A DNA stretch of 64,000 nucleotides from Polyangiaceae bacterium (GTDB taxonomy: Bacteria > Myxococcota_A > Polyangia > Polyangiales > Polyangiaceae). A model generated the notes under the pieces. That model had not been told where the DNA came from. It saw nothing but the letters and a program-made list of their open reading frames with translations, and searched no databases. Position numbers and translations under genes: made by a program. Where the stretch lies: positions 1 through 64,000 of the forward strand of contig CBDCTZ010000016.1 in NCBI GenBank assembly GCA_965222375.1, read 5' to 3'. Shown here piece by piece: positions 28,905 through 38,399 of the stretch (its first letter is position 1; each line of letters starts with the position of its first letter).

Positions 28905-29993
28905 CTAGCTCTCGGCGATCAGGCGGCGCACGGCCGCGCCCGCCTCGGTGGTGCGCAGCTCGCCGCCAACGTCCTTGGTGCACTCACCAGCGTCGATGGA
29001 CCGAGCAACCGCGGACTCGATGCGCGCCTCTTCTTCGGGCCACCCCAGGTACGACAGCATCATGCCGACGGTGAGGAAGGAGGCGCAGGGGTTGGCGACG
29101 TTCTTCCCGGCCAAAGACGGAGCCGAGCCGTGCACCGGCTCGAAGAGGCCCACGCGACCCGGGTCGGCGGGGTGAATGTTGGCGCTGGCGGCCATCCCTA
29201 GCCCACCCTGGAGACCGGCCCCCAAGTCCGTGACGATGTCGCCGAAGAGGTTGTTGGTGACGATCACGTCGAATTGAGTCGGGTCCTGGAGCAGGTACAG
29301 GCAGAGGGCGTCCACGTACACATGCACGGCCTCGATGTCCGAGTACTCCCGGCGAACCTCGTCAAAAACCCGCAGCCAGAGCTCGTGGGCGTGCCGCAGA
29401 GCGTTGCTCTTGTCGGACATGTGCACGCGGCGGCGGCCGGTCTTCTTCGCGTACTCGAAGGCGGCACGAATGATGCGCTCGACACCCTTGCGGGTGTTGA
29501 TGTCCTCGTTAATGGCAACTTCGTCCGGCGTGCCTCGCTTGAGCTGACCTCCTACTCCCGCATAGGCACCCTCGGTGTTCTCCCGGAACACCACGATGTT
29601 GACGTCTTTCTGGCCGCGGCCCTTCAGAGGCACCAGGCGATCCGCCAGGCTGCGGATGGGTCGGATGTTGGCGTAAAGATCGAAACCGAAGCGCATCCCG
29701 AACAGGATGTCTCGAGCGTGCTCCATGGTCGGGACTCTGGCGTCACCCAGGGCACCCAGCATGACCGCCGCGCATTCCTTCTGAATCGCTATTCGGATCT
29801 CCTTGGGAAAGGTGGTGCCATCCCGGAGAAATCTCTCTGCACCAAGGTCCAACTCCCAGATCTCGATCGGGAGGTTCTTTTCGGAGATGTACCACTCGAG
29901 CAGTAGCTTCGCCTCGCGAACCACCTCGGGTCCGATGCCGTCTCCGCCAATGAGGGCAATTCGTTTCTTGTCGGATGCGTTGTCCCCGGGCAT
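28905..29993 (-). CDS. leuB: 3-isopropylmalate dehydrogenase (isocitrate/isopropylmalate dehydrogenase family)
   Basis: GDGIGPEV, RENTEG.Y, NLFGDIVTDL, FEPVHGSAP; exact substrate is inferred. Confidence 0.75.
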   Translation of the reverse strand: MPGDNASDKKRIALIGGDGIGPEVVREAKLLLEWYISEKNLPIEIWELDLGAERFLRDGTTFPKEIRIAIQKECAAVMLGALGDARVPTMEHARDILFGMRFGFDLYANIRPIRSLADRLVPLKGRGQKDVNIVVFRENTEGAYAGVGGQLKRGTPDEVAINEDINTRKGVERIIRAAFEYAKKTGRRRVHMSDKSNALRHAHELWLRVFDEVRREYSDIEAVHVYVDALCLYLLQDPTQFDVIVTNNLFGDIVTDLGAGLQGGLGMAASANIHPADPGRVGLFEPVHGSAPSLAGKNVANPCASFLTVGMMLSYLGWPEEEARIESAVARSIDAGECTKDVGGELRTTEAGAAVRRLIAES

Positions 29994-30003
29994 TGCCCTC
30001 TTC

Positions 30004-31323
30004 CTATTTGCGTCCGCTCGCGGCGTCGAGGGCTTCGCGCATCAAGCGGGCTAACTGCGTCGGATCCGCCACATCCACGGCGTCTGCATTGCGCTCGAGG
30101 GGGATACCACCGGCACTGCACGCCTCCTCGAGCTCGGGCTGCGGGTCCGACTGAAGAACGACCACGGCCGCCGCGCCGGCGACGCTCATGGGCCACAGCG
30201 GTGAAAACGCCTTGAGCAGCGGGAGGCCCACGAGTTCGATGTCCACAGCGTCGTTCAGTCGGAGGGTTGCAAGCACGTGAGGCACCGGCGCCGCAGGTGA
30301 ACCATCGCTGCGCTGAGAGACCTCGACGAGTCGACGCAAGGCATGAGAGGCCGCAGCTAGTTGTGATGACGAGCCTGCGAGCACCATTCGGGCGCCGCCC
30401 TCGAAGCCGACTCCGACAAGCCTCGACGCCATCGCGCCGAGCAATGCAACCTGCTCACCGTCGGCGAAGGGCACCCGCTCGGCTCCTGAAGCGATGGTCC
30501 GAACCCTACCGGCTTGGAGGAGCTCTTCCAGCGCCTTGATGATGTCGAGATCGAGGGCGGGAACCTCGTCCAAGACCTCATCGAGGGACCTGGGTGACTG
30601 AGTGTTGAGGAGAATGGAACGCGGGATCTCCGCCTCGTCGTCGTCGGGCTGGGCGGTTGCGAGAATTGCGTCGCCCTCTTTGCACAAGCTGGCGCGGGCG
30701 CGCTTCACTTCGTCTTGCTGGCGCAGCCCATCCATCAGCAGGTTGTTCAGCGGCTGCTTGATTCGGCGCAGAGCCGCGGGTTGACCCGATGAAAACGCGA
30801 AGGTACCGTCCACTTCGCCCAGCAGGCGAATCAAGGCCTTTTCGCCTTCCAAGCGGCGGTATGCCGCGTCGGTGACCTCACCTTCGGTGAAGCGAATCTC
30901 CCCGGCTCCTGCCGGAGTGGTGAGGGTGAGAGTGCCGGTGCGCTGGTTCATACCCAAGAGCTGAAGCAGATCCACGAGGCTCACCTTGCCGAGGTCACCA
31001 CGCACGTCGCCTTTGGCAGTCGACACCGGTGCGCGGCGCGGAGGAATCGCTAATAGGCGACGTGCCACTTCATCGGCGTCGCTGCGCACGCTGTTCGGGT
31101 TCGCTTCCGGACCGTCAAGCAAGAGACAGGGAATGTCTACGCCCTCGGAAGGTGACACCGAGGCCGCGCAGATGAGAGCGTCGGGCGCAACCGCGCGAAT
31201 TCGGTCCTTGGCGGACGCCCAGCTGTCGGCAACGGTGACGCTCAAGCCTCGCTGGCGAAGCGCTGACGCAAGGTCACCCAGAGCGTCCAGGTCAGGGTCG
31301 ATCAGCACGATACTTCGAGACAT
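30004..31323 (-). CDS. Degenerate REC + DUF4388 + degenerate small-GTPase-like protein
   Basis: IVLIDPD..PDALI; GDLGKVSLVDLLQLL....TG.L; ELVGLP....FSPLW....GAAAVVVL; start ATG overlaps the upstream gene's stop. Confidence 0.75.
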   Translation of the reverse strand: MSRSIVLIDPDLDALGDLASALRQRGLSVTVADSWASAKDRIRAVAPDALICAASVSPSEGVDIPCLLLDGPEANPNSVRSDADEVARRLLAIPPRRAPVSTAKGDVRGDLGKVSLVDLLQLLGMNQRTGTLTLTTPAGAGEIRFTEGEVTDAAYRRLEGEKALIRLLGEVDGTFAFSSGQPAALRRIKQPLNNLLMDGLRQQDEVKRARASLCKEGDAILATAQPDDDEAEIPRSILLNTQSPRSLDEVLDEVPALDLDIIKALEELLQAGRVRTIASGAERVPFADGEQVALLGAMASRLVGVGFEGGARMVLAGSSSQLAAASHALRRLVEVSQRSDGSPAAPVPHVLATLRLNDAVDIELVGLPLLKAFSPLWPMSVAGAAAVVVLQSDPQPELEEACSAGGIPLERNADAVDVADPTQLARLMREALDAASGRK

Positions 31324-33044
31324 CAGTCCGCTCCGTGCTCCAGGAGTTCGAGAACCAGATCCACGAGGCCGGGGTCCGAGGCGTGAATCGCCCGAACCAC
31401 GGTGCGTTCCTTTCGACCCAAGAAGGCATAGGTGCCGTGCTCGGCAATCACTGCAAGGGCCTCCACGTCCGATCCCAGCCGAGCGTTGTCGATCACCCTC
31501 AGCTCCAGGCGGTCCGGGTCGAGCAGGGACGATCGCACCATGGCGCCAAAGCTGACTCCCTTGCCCTGAGACGCAATCACCAGGGCAGCCCCCCCGCGGG
31601 CTGCCTCGCGAACGACGGTGGTCGACAGACCCACCAGATCCATCAGTGGCAGTTCGATCAGCCGGGGACCCTCGAGGTCGGTGTGGGAACCGAGTTCTGC
31701 AACGGCCCAAAACAGGGCATCCAGCGACTCGTCCGGGTGTAGCGGGTCGATCTTGACGCCTCGCGTCAGGGCCTTGGAGCCGGCCTCGGCGCGGCGTTTG
31801 GCCCGGCGAAGCAGCGCAGACAAATCCGGGCCGTCGTGGGGGTACGTCGCGGTGCCCAGGGTGACGGGCAAGCGAACGCCCTCGCCTCGCCGGGCGGCAC
31901 TCGCGCCCAGCTTGAACAGCAGTCGCCGGCGACAAGTGTAGGCGCCAACCCCACCCGTCTCTGGCAACAGAATGTAGAACTCACGTTCGTCGACTCGAGC
32001 CAGCACGTCGCTGTCGCGAATGGTTGCCAACACACGCTCGGCCAGCTCGACGCTCATGGCGTCGGGACTGTCCGGGTCGTCCAGATTCAACGTCAGCAGA
32101 GAGAAGCGACGCTGGTGCCGGCGAGACTTGTCTATCTCGCGACCCGCGACATCCACGAAGTACGCGAAGGTGTACGCACTCGAACCCGGGTCCTTGATCG
32201 CTCCGCGCATGGCCTGCTCACGGGCCGAAACCAGGCACAATGCGGCGGCAGCCTGAGCGCGCACGAGATCGATCAGTGGCCCCCGATGGGCACCGTGCCA
32301 CTCGAGCCCGGCGTGAAGCAGTAGCCCCATGGCCTCCGAGCCCAATTCCAACCGCGCTATGTCGAGCTTGTTCTCGGCAGCAAAGGCCATGATGCCTAGC
32401 TCGTCAGACACGGCGGGCGCCTGCTCCATCCCGGTCTCACTGATGCGCAGCAACTCCCGGGAGCGATCCGATGCGGTCACGAAAACAGCAGCCACCCGAG
32501 CGCCGAGTTTCTCGCGCATCACGCGGATCACCTCGTCGGCTATCGCCCTTCGCCCACTCAGCGCTCCCAGGCCAGCTAATTCCCTGGCCAGCTCGCTTTC
32601 GAGGCGGGAGGCACGGCTCTCGTTTTCCAACCGATCCCTGAGCTCGAGTTCCGCGCGATGAGAGCGCGCCTGGCCAACAGCGGACAGTATTTCATCCCCA
32701 GCCGGCGGAGCGAGCACGATGGCATTGGCGCCGAGAGAGAGGGCCTGCGCGCCGAGCTCGATCCCGGACGGCGGCACCATGGCAACCACGCGGGCGTTTC
32801 GGGTTGCTGCCTTCAGGTGATGGATCAGCGCCACCCCTGCGCCCCCGCCTAGACTCACATCGACAAAAACGACCTCCGGGAACTCGGCTTGGGCGCGCTC
32901 TAGCGCTTCGTCCAGGTCCTCGGAGAAGGTCGGTGCCTCGACGTGGGTCCGCAGCGAACTGCGAAAGACATCCACGGTGTCTTGATCGCTGGTCACGACC
33001 AGCACGCCGCGTGCCGAGGGTGGGGCGTGGTCCGGGTCCGTCAC
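31323..33044 (-). CDS. REC-GAF-like-GGDEF(degenerate) protein
   Basis: PEVVFVDVSL; DPGSSAYT..YF...REIDKSRR; IRDSDVLARVDEREFYILLPET; GTATYPHDG; GTG start overlaps dapF stop. Confidence 0.8.
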   Translation of the reverse strand: MTDPDHAPPSARGVLVVTSDQDTVDVFRSSLRTHVEAPTFSEDLDEALERAQAEFPEVVFVDVSLGGGAGVALIHHLKAATRNARVVAMVPPSGIELGAQALSLGANAIVLAPPAGDEILSAVGQARSHRAELELRDRLENESRASRLESELARELAGLGALSGRRAIADEVIRVMREKLGARVAAVFVTASDRSRELLRISETGMEQAPAVSDELGIMAFAAENKLDIARLELGSEAMGLLLHAGLEWHGAHRGPLIDLVRAQAAAALCLVSAREQAMRGAIKDPGSSAYTFAYFVDVAGREIDKSRRHQRRFSLLTLNLDDPDSPDAMSVELAERVLATIRDSDVLARVDEREFYILLPETGGVGAYTCRRRLLFKLGASAARRGEGVRLPVTLGTATYPHDGPDLSALLRRAKRRAEAGSKALTRGVKIDPLHPDESLDALFWAVAELGSHTDLEGPRLIELPLMDLVGLSTTVVREAARGGAALVIASQGKGVSFGAMVRSSLLDPDRLELRVIDNARLGSDVEALAVIAEHGTYAFLGRKERTVVRAIHASDPGLVDLVLELLEHGAD

Positions 33045-33838
33045 GGAACCTCCACCGAACCGCTGAAGACGTGGCGGGCTGGACCCCGCGCCTGGACCCG
33101 CAGGTCGCGGTTGACCCGAATTTCGAGGGGGCCGCCAGGGAGGTGGACGTCCATGGGCTGGTCGTACGCGGCGCGATCCGTGAGAACTGCGGCCACGCCC
33201 GTAGCCGCCGCGCCCGTGCCACATGCCAGCGTGCGGCCAACGCCGCGTTCCCAGACGATCAGATCGAAACTCCTTGGGCCCCGCTTGCTCGCGAACTCCA
33301 CGTTGCTGCCTTGGGGAAAAGCGCTCGATATCTGGGGCCCCCAGCGATCGATCTGCTCGATGCTTGGCAGCTCGCCGAAGCTGATCGCGTGGGGGTTGCC
33401 CATGGACACTCGGGACAGCGTGAGCTCTCGGTCCTGGAGCTTCGCCACGTAGTCCGTTTCTTGGCGCCCCTGACCGAGATCCGTCAGGACTTGCGCGAGC
33501 TGAGGCGTTTGCACGTCGACTTCGCAAGCCAGCGCCCCAGCTTCCGTATCCACGACGTAGCTGATCGAGGCTGCGGAGTCTCGTCGTGCGAGGTGGAGCG
33601 CGACGCAGCGCAGGCCATTGCCGCACATTTCCGGGCGTGAACCGTCAGCATTCAGAACCGTCATCGTCGCTCGCGCACCCGACGACTGCGGCGCGGTCAC
33701 CAGCAGCACGCCGTCTGCACCGACCCCAAAGTGGCGATCGCACAGGGCCTGGGCGTGCTCGTGCAGCTGGTCTGGGCGTGCCTCGATCACGATGAAATCG
33801 TTGCCGAGGCCTTCGTATTTCTCGAACTCGAAGCGCAC
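33041..33838 (-). CDS. dapF: Diaminopimelate epimerase
   Basis: KYEGLGNDF, GADG, NADGS..EMCGNG, GNPH, WERGVGRTLACGTGA. Confidence 0.97.
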   Translation of the reverse strand: MRFEFEKYEGLGNDFIVIEARPDQLHEHAQALCDRHFGVGADGVLLVTAPQSSGARATMTVLNADGSRPEMCGNGLRCVALHLARRDSAASISYVVDTEAGALACEVDVQTPQLAQVLTDLGQGRQETDYVAKLQDRELTLSRVSMGNPHAISFGELPSIEQIDRWGPQISSAFPQGSNVEFASKRGPRSFDLIVWERGVGRTLACGTGAAATGVAAVLTDRAAYDQPMDVHLPGGPLEIRVNRDLRVQARGPARHVFSGSVEVP

Positions 33839-33840
33839 GC

Positions 33841-34146
33841 TCAGGTTCCCTCTTCCAGAAGCTGAACGCGACTGGCGACTTCGCCCAGGGCCAAGCCCTC
33901 CAAGAACAGAACTTTGTTTCGCGAGGCGGCGCCGCCAGCGAGGCGGATAGCGCTCTTTCTCAGGGTCAGGAATCGCGCGACGGTGTTGACCAACTCCTGG
34001 TTCGCGGCGCCATCCACGGGGGGCGCCGCAACAGCAACCTCAAGCGCTCCGTCGCGCACGCCGAGCACCCGGCTCTTGGCGGCTCGGGCGGTCAAGTGGA
34101 GCCCACCGGGGCGCTGCGTCAGTAGCGTGGCGGTCACCAGAGACAT
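33841..34146 (-). CDS. DUF167/YggU family protein
   Basis: AAPPVDGAANQEL and GAASRNK motifs. Confidence 0.85.
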   Translation of the reverse strand: MSLVTATLLTQRPGGLHLTARAAKSRVLGVRDGALEVAVAAPPVDGAANQELVNTVARFLTLRKSAIRLAGGAASRNKVLFLEGLALGEVASRVQLLEEGT

Positions 34147-34212
34147 CTTATCGCCTCGGGCTGGTTTTGGGACGACTGGGTGCCATGCCGTTTTTCGGGC
34201 ATATTCCCCACC

Positions 34213-35784
34213 ATGCTGCCTTTGGTCATCAACGGATTCATGGCCACGGGCAAGTCCGCCGTAGGCCGTGCCGTCGCCCGCAAACTTGGGCGGCCGTTCT
34301 ATGACCTCGACGAGGTTGTGGAAGGGCAAGCGGGTTGCAGCATCGCTGAGCTGTTTCGGCGCGATGGAGAGGCGGGATTTCGACAAGCGGAACGCCACGA
34401 GCTGCTCCGCATCCTGAAAGAGGACGGCGCCGTCATTTCGGTGGGTGGCGGCGCGCTGCTGGATCGCGAATTCCGACTCGATGTCCTAGAGCGCGCGCAG
34501 GTGGTTTCGCTGGTGGCGAGTGCCGAAGAGGTGTGCCGACGGGTTGCCGGTGACGGGGGCCGTCCACTGTTGGGCGCCGCGCCAGAGCCCGAACGGGTTC
34601 GAGAGCTCTTGGAGCTGCGCAGGCCGACCTACGCTGAGTGCCACCGGCAGATCCAGACGGATGGGTGGAGCATTGACAAGGTGGTGGAGGAGACTTGCCA
34701 TGCCGTGCGGGTGCGCTCAGTTGCGGTGGCCTGTGGCGAGGACTCGTACGCCGTCGAGGTGGGGGCGGGCGTAGCGGAATCGCGGCTTCGCAAAGCTGCG
34801 CTGGCTTCGCGAAGCCACTGCTTGGTCTCGGACACGAACGTCCACCCTCTGTACGGCGATGATGCGGCGAGCTGGCTAGGTGAGCCCGCTTCGGTGTCTC
34901 GAATGATTCTTCCGGCTGGCGAGGAATCCAAGACCGTGGAAACCATGCAGCGGCTCTGGACCCAGGCCGCTGGACTCGGGCTGGACCGACGCACTCAGGT
35001 CATCTCCCTGGGAGGAGGGGTCGTGTCGGACATCGCCGGCTTCTTCGCAGCAACCTGGCTACGGGGCCTGCGCTGGGGCGTCGTCCCAACGTCCCTCTTG
35101 GCCATGGTGGACGCTTCCGTTGGCGGCAAGACCGCCGTGGATTTCCTCGACATGAAGAACGCCGTTGGCGCGTTTTGGCAACCGGGGTTCGTGGTCTGCG
35201 ATACGGCGTTTCTTGCCACGGAGGCTGCTCGCGGACTTCAGAGCGCGTTAGCCGAGGCGGTCAAGACCGCCCTGGTCGGCGATCCCGAACTGCTCGATCT
35301 GCTCGAGGCGCGGGCCGCCGCAGTCTTGTCGCGGGAGCCTCAACTCTTGGCGGACGTCGTGTATCGCTGCGTTGCGGTGAAAGCTCGAATCGTGAGTCGG
35401 GACCCACGAGAAGCGGGGCTCCGCGCCGTGCTGAACCTCGGCCACACGGTGGGCCACGCCCTCGAGGCCAAAACCGAGTTCAAGCGTTTCACCCACGGAG
35501 AAGCGGTCAGCCTCGGGCTGGTCTCCGCGCTGCGGGTCGGCCACGCTCTGGGCCGCACTCCCGCGGCTCTTCATCGACGCGTGCGACGAGTCCTAGCTGC
35601 CTTCGAGCTGCCGGTTGATGTCGATCCTAGCTTGCTTGAAGGGTCGCTCGCGTTTCTGCATCGTGACAAGAAGCGCGTTGGACCGAACATCCGTTTCGTG
35701 GTCGCGCACGATGTAGGAGATGTGCGTACGTCGGATCTGTCGCTGGATTCGCTTCGCGCCGCGTTGAGGAATGGCGGCGCTTAA
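34213..35784 (+). CDS. aroKB: Bifunctional shikimate kinase / 3-dehydroquinate synthase
   Basis: GFMATGKS, GE..FR, GGG; then GEESK, GGGVVSD, PTSLLAMVDASVGGKT, LNLGHTVGHALE, HGEAV, DKK. Confidence 0.95.
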   Translation: MLPLVINGFMATGKSAVGRAVARKLGRPFYDLDEVVEGQAGCSIAELFRRDGEAGFRQAERHELLRILKEDGAVISVGGGALLDREFRLDVLERAQVVSLVASAEEVCRRVAGDGGRPLLGAAPEPERVRELLELRRPTYAECHRQIQTDGWSIDKVVEETCHAVRVRSVAVACGEDSYAVEVGAGVAESRLRKAALASRSHCLVSDTNVHPLYGDDAASWLGEPASVSRMILPAGEESKTVETMQRLWTQAAGLGLDRRTQVISLGGGVVSDIAGFFAATWLRGLRWGVVPTSLLAMVDASVGGKTAVDFLDMKNAVGAFWQPGFVVCDTAFLATEAARGLQSALAEAVKTALVGDPELLDLLEARAAAVLSREPQLLADVVYRCVAVKARIVSRDPREAGLRAVLNLGHTVGHALEAKTEFKRFTHGEAVSLGLVSALRVGHALGRTPAALHRRVRRVLAAFELPVDVDPSLLEGSLAFLHRDKKRVGPNIRFVVAHDVGDVRTSDLSLDSLRAALRNGGA

Positions 35785-35891
35785 TTAAGTGTCGTTTCGG
35801 CATCGCGGATTGTTGGCGTCCATCGGCGCGGGCCGATACACTTCTGTTTGCGCGTCGAGCTTTGGTTCGTTCGCGGAAGAGAGGACACCCA

Positions 35892-36599
35892 ATGCGACGG
35901 CTTATGAGAGGTCTTTTCCTGTTCGGGGCGCTCGGCGCGCTCAGTTCGTCAGGCTGCGCGGACAACGACAGTTCGCTATTCGTTCGCGCCGTGCTCAGGC
36001 TGGAGTCAGGCGAGTGCGTTGCCAAGCCGGACCCATCTTCGACCTTTTATTCCTCCGGGGTGATGGATCTCGCATTTCGAGACAGCTATTCAGCAGCGTT
36101 GCTGGTCGGTAATCAGCTCGTGCGACGAGGCTCCAAGGATCTGGTCCGTACCGAGACGTCGCGATTCGTGATGCGGGGCGCCGAGGTTCGGCTTCTCAAC
36201 GACCAGCAGTCTCTGATTCGTGAGTTCACCGTGCCCATTTCAGGCTTCGTCGACCCTGGGTCCGGGGATGAGCCCGGGTACGGTGTCAGCGGCGCCTTGC
36301 TGATTCCATCAGGCTTGGGCCTGGCTGCCGGATCCCGCGTGGTCGCCGATGTCCGGGTGTTCGGTGACACCCTCGGAGGCGAGGAGATCACGAGCGAGTC
36401 CCTCAGCTTCCCCATCACGGTGTGCGACGGCTGCCTCGTGAGTTACCCCATTGGCGCCGACGACCCGGCCCAGCCGGGTTATCAGTGCGTTGCGGGCACG
36501 GATGCGAGCGACCTGGATGCGCCCTGCCGAATCGGCCAAGATGAACCCGTGGACTGCCGTCTTTGCCGTAACCTGTCCATCTGCGTCAATCCGCCCTAA
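35892..36599 (+). CDS. Hypothetical lipoprotein
   Basis: Lipobox SSGC, LVGNQL motif, Cys-rich C-terminus; GAGGA SD upstream. Confidence 0.8.
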   Translation: MRRLMRGLFLFGALGALSSSGCADNDSSLFVRAVLRLESGECVAKPDPSSTFYSSGVMDLAFRDSYSAALLVGNQLVRRGSKDLVRTETSRFVMRGAEVRLLNDQQSLIREFTVPISGFVDPGSGDEPGYGVSGALLIPSGLGLAAGSRVVADVRVFGDTLGGEEITSESLSFPITVCDGCLVSYPIGADDPAQPGYQCVAGTDASDLDAPCRIGQDEPVDCRLCRNLSICVNPP

Positions 36600-36604
36600 T
36601 CCTC

Positions 36605-37183
36605 TTGGCCTTCCCACGCTGGCGCCACGGCGTCTTGGGCGCCGTGTTGTGCGCTGCGTTCGGCTTCGCTCCGGCGGCCGAGGCGAAGCCGCAATACAGC
36701 GCCGGGGTGGTTTCCGGAGTTTGCGGACGCGGATCCGACGGTTCCTTTTGGCAAGATACGTGCTGGTTCAATGGCCTTCGGGGTGAGCTCGTGTTGGGTA
36801 GGCAGCGCAGTTCGGACTTCGGCGCGGGCCCCTTTCTCGACCTCACCACAGCCGGGTTCGACGATGTCCGTTTGGGCGGCGGTCTGATTGGCGTGGCGCC
36901 TTTCAGCGACTCGCTGCCCCTGGCGCTTTCCCTCGGAGGCTACGCCCGGCGAGATCACGAGGAGTGGTTTCCCGGCGTTGCCGGCTGGTTGTTTCTGGGC
37001 AGCCGCAGCTTCAACTTCCACTCCAAGTACGGCATCGCCGCCGGCTTACTGGTCGGGTATCAGCGAGACATCGACGACCAAGCAAATGACGCGATCGTCA
37101 TCGCGCTTCAGCTAGACGCGCTGCTGCTGGCGATTCCGGGCATTTACGCTGTCTCCGCCATGCGCGGCAGGCCCGAAGAGTGA
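36605..37183 (+). CDS. Hypothetical exported protein (beta-strand rich)
   Basis: Signal peptide ending AEA, alternating hydrophobic strands. Confidence 0.65.
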   Translation: MAFPRWRHGVLGAVLCAAFGFAPAAEAKPQYSAGVVSGVCGRGSDGSFWQDTCWFNGLRGELVLGRQRSSDFGAGPFLDLTTAGFDDVRLGGGLIGVAPFSDSLPLALSLGGYARRDHEEWFPGVAGWLFLGSRSFNFHSKYGIAAGLLVGYQRDIDDQANDAIVIALQLDALLLAIPGIYAVSAMRGRPEE

Positions 37184-37323
37184 GCCGCCCCACCTGCTTT
37201 TCCTCCTGCAGATCCCGCCCGCCGCCCGGGGTGGCGCGGCTCCTCGCTTATGGCCTAAGGAACGAACTGCCGAGGCCTGCGTGCTCGGGATGCCGGACGG
37301 GGTGCTCAGCTGCGTTCCTCAGG
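37182..37323. terminator. Two adjacent GC-rich stem-loops between convergent genes
   Basis: 37182-37194 pairs with 37230-37242 (12/13); 37254-37264 pairs with 37313-37323 (10/11 plus one G-U on the minus strand). Confidence 0.4.
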
Positions 37324-37651
37324 TCGCGCTTGGTTGATCCGATGGTGGCTCGGGAGAAGGTTCCTCGGTCTCGTCCAGTAGGGCGTCGATCCTCTGAAGC
37401 ACGCTCGTGAGCATCTGCTTGGACCGCGCTTCCACCTCCTGAGTGCGAGCGCGCGCCTTCTCCAAATCGTGCGCCAGGGCCATCGCAACCAGAAGCAGCG
37501 ACTGCGGCGCGAGAGCTCGGCCCGGTCCGGCAAGGTCCCGGAGCCGACTGTCAACGACCTCTGCGAGCCGTTGGAGTTCAGCTTCGTCCGTGCTGGCAAC
37601 CACTCGGTATGACTGGCCGCCAACCCGCAGCTCCACGGGAGCGCGATTCAT
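37319..37651 (-). CDS. zapA: Cell division protein ZapA
   Basis: VELRVGGQSYRV..DEAELQRLAEVVD..LLVAMALAHDL followed by a coiled coil. Confidence 0.85.
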   Translation of the reverse strand: MNRAPVELRVGGQSYRVVASTDEAELQRLAEVVDSRLRDLAGPGRALAPQSLLLVAMALAHDLEKARARTQEVEARSKQMLTSVLQRIDALLDETEEPSPEPPSDQPSAT

Positions 37652-37711
37652 CGTAGGCACGGTAACACCGACCAGCTCAGATGGAAATGGCGTACGCCGT
37701 AGGCTCGAACG

Positions 37712-38203
37712 CTATTCGAAGATCGCGGAGACGGCAGTGGGTGGTGGTTCTTTTTCGTACCGCCTCAAGATCGCCAACGCGCCTCCCGCTAGCGCGACGG
37801 CTCGAGCATCACGAATACCCGTAGACGCGAAAACTCGCTCTAACACCGTAGAAAAGGGCTCTTCCTTGCGATGGGCTGTGGACAACAACAGGGCACGTCG
37901 AATGCTGCTTTGGGTCGCGTAGCGGAGGGCTATCGCGGCGATTTCGCGCGCGCCGGAGATCCGTCGCAGGGTGTGTTCGAGAGCGGCACCCGCCTGATCA
38001 ATCGCGATTCGCCGCGCCGTGTCGAGGTCACGAAAGTGTTGATAGAAGGTGTTTCTTCCCACCCCCGCGGCAGCGCAGATGTCACGAACTGTCGTCTTGT
38101 CGCCGCGCGCGGCAACTGCGTGTGCGACCGCGTCGTTGAGGGCTCTGCGTTGTCGCGCCCAGCGTTCCGCCCTTGTAGCATGGCGGTCGTATTTGCCGCG
38201 CAT
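37712..38203 (-). CDS. TetR/AcrR-family HTH regulator
   Basis: TTVRDICAAAGVGRNTFYQHFRD. Confidence 0.7.
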   Translation of the reverse strand: MRGKYDRHATRAERWARQRRALNDAVAHAVAARGDKTTVRDICAAAGVGRNTFYQHFRDLDTARRIAIDQAGAALEHTLRRISGAREIAAIALRYATQSSIRRALLLSTAHRKEEPFSTVLERVFASTGIRDARAVALAGGALAILRRYEKEPPPTAVSAIFE

Positions 38204-38310
38204 AAAAACTGCTGGATATTGTAACGGTTCATCATAAAAACTGTGTCGTTTTATTGAATGATGTAAGTATTTGAAATATTTGAGATTATTGTGCTTTGGT
38301 TTTTTCGTAG
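38201..38310. promoter_or_regulatory. AT-rich intergenic island with direct repeats and IHF-like site
   Basis: 32/110 G+C by manual count; CATAAAAACTG at 38201 and 38233; TAAGTATTTGAAA at 38264-38276. Confidence 0.55.
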
Positions 38311-38399
38311 GTGTGTATCGCCTTGACCTGGCGTGAAGTAGTCTTCTTTGCATCGAATCGAGGGATGTTCCGCGGCTTCGTCGTGCTACGAGTCTTGTC

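Noticed and set aside
31324..33626. Extended N-termini in the ORF track (31935, 33626; similarly 28983, 14289, 51839, 47834)
   Set aside because: They overlap neighbouring real genes; shorter starts give coupled stop/start junctions or match family N-termini
37182..37323. Firm 6S RNA call
   Set aside because: Only synteny supports it; the visible structure does not match the 6S rod
38215..38250. BirA biotin operator or dif site upstream of bioF
   Set aside because: Only a partial half-site (ATTGTAAC) with no inverted partner; no XerD arm (TTATGTTAAA-like)
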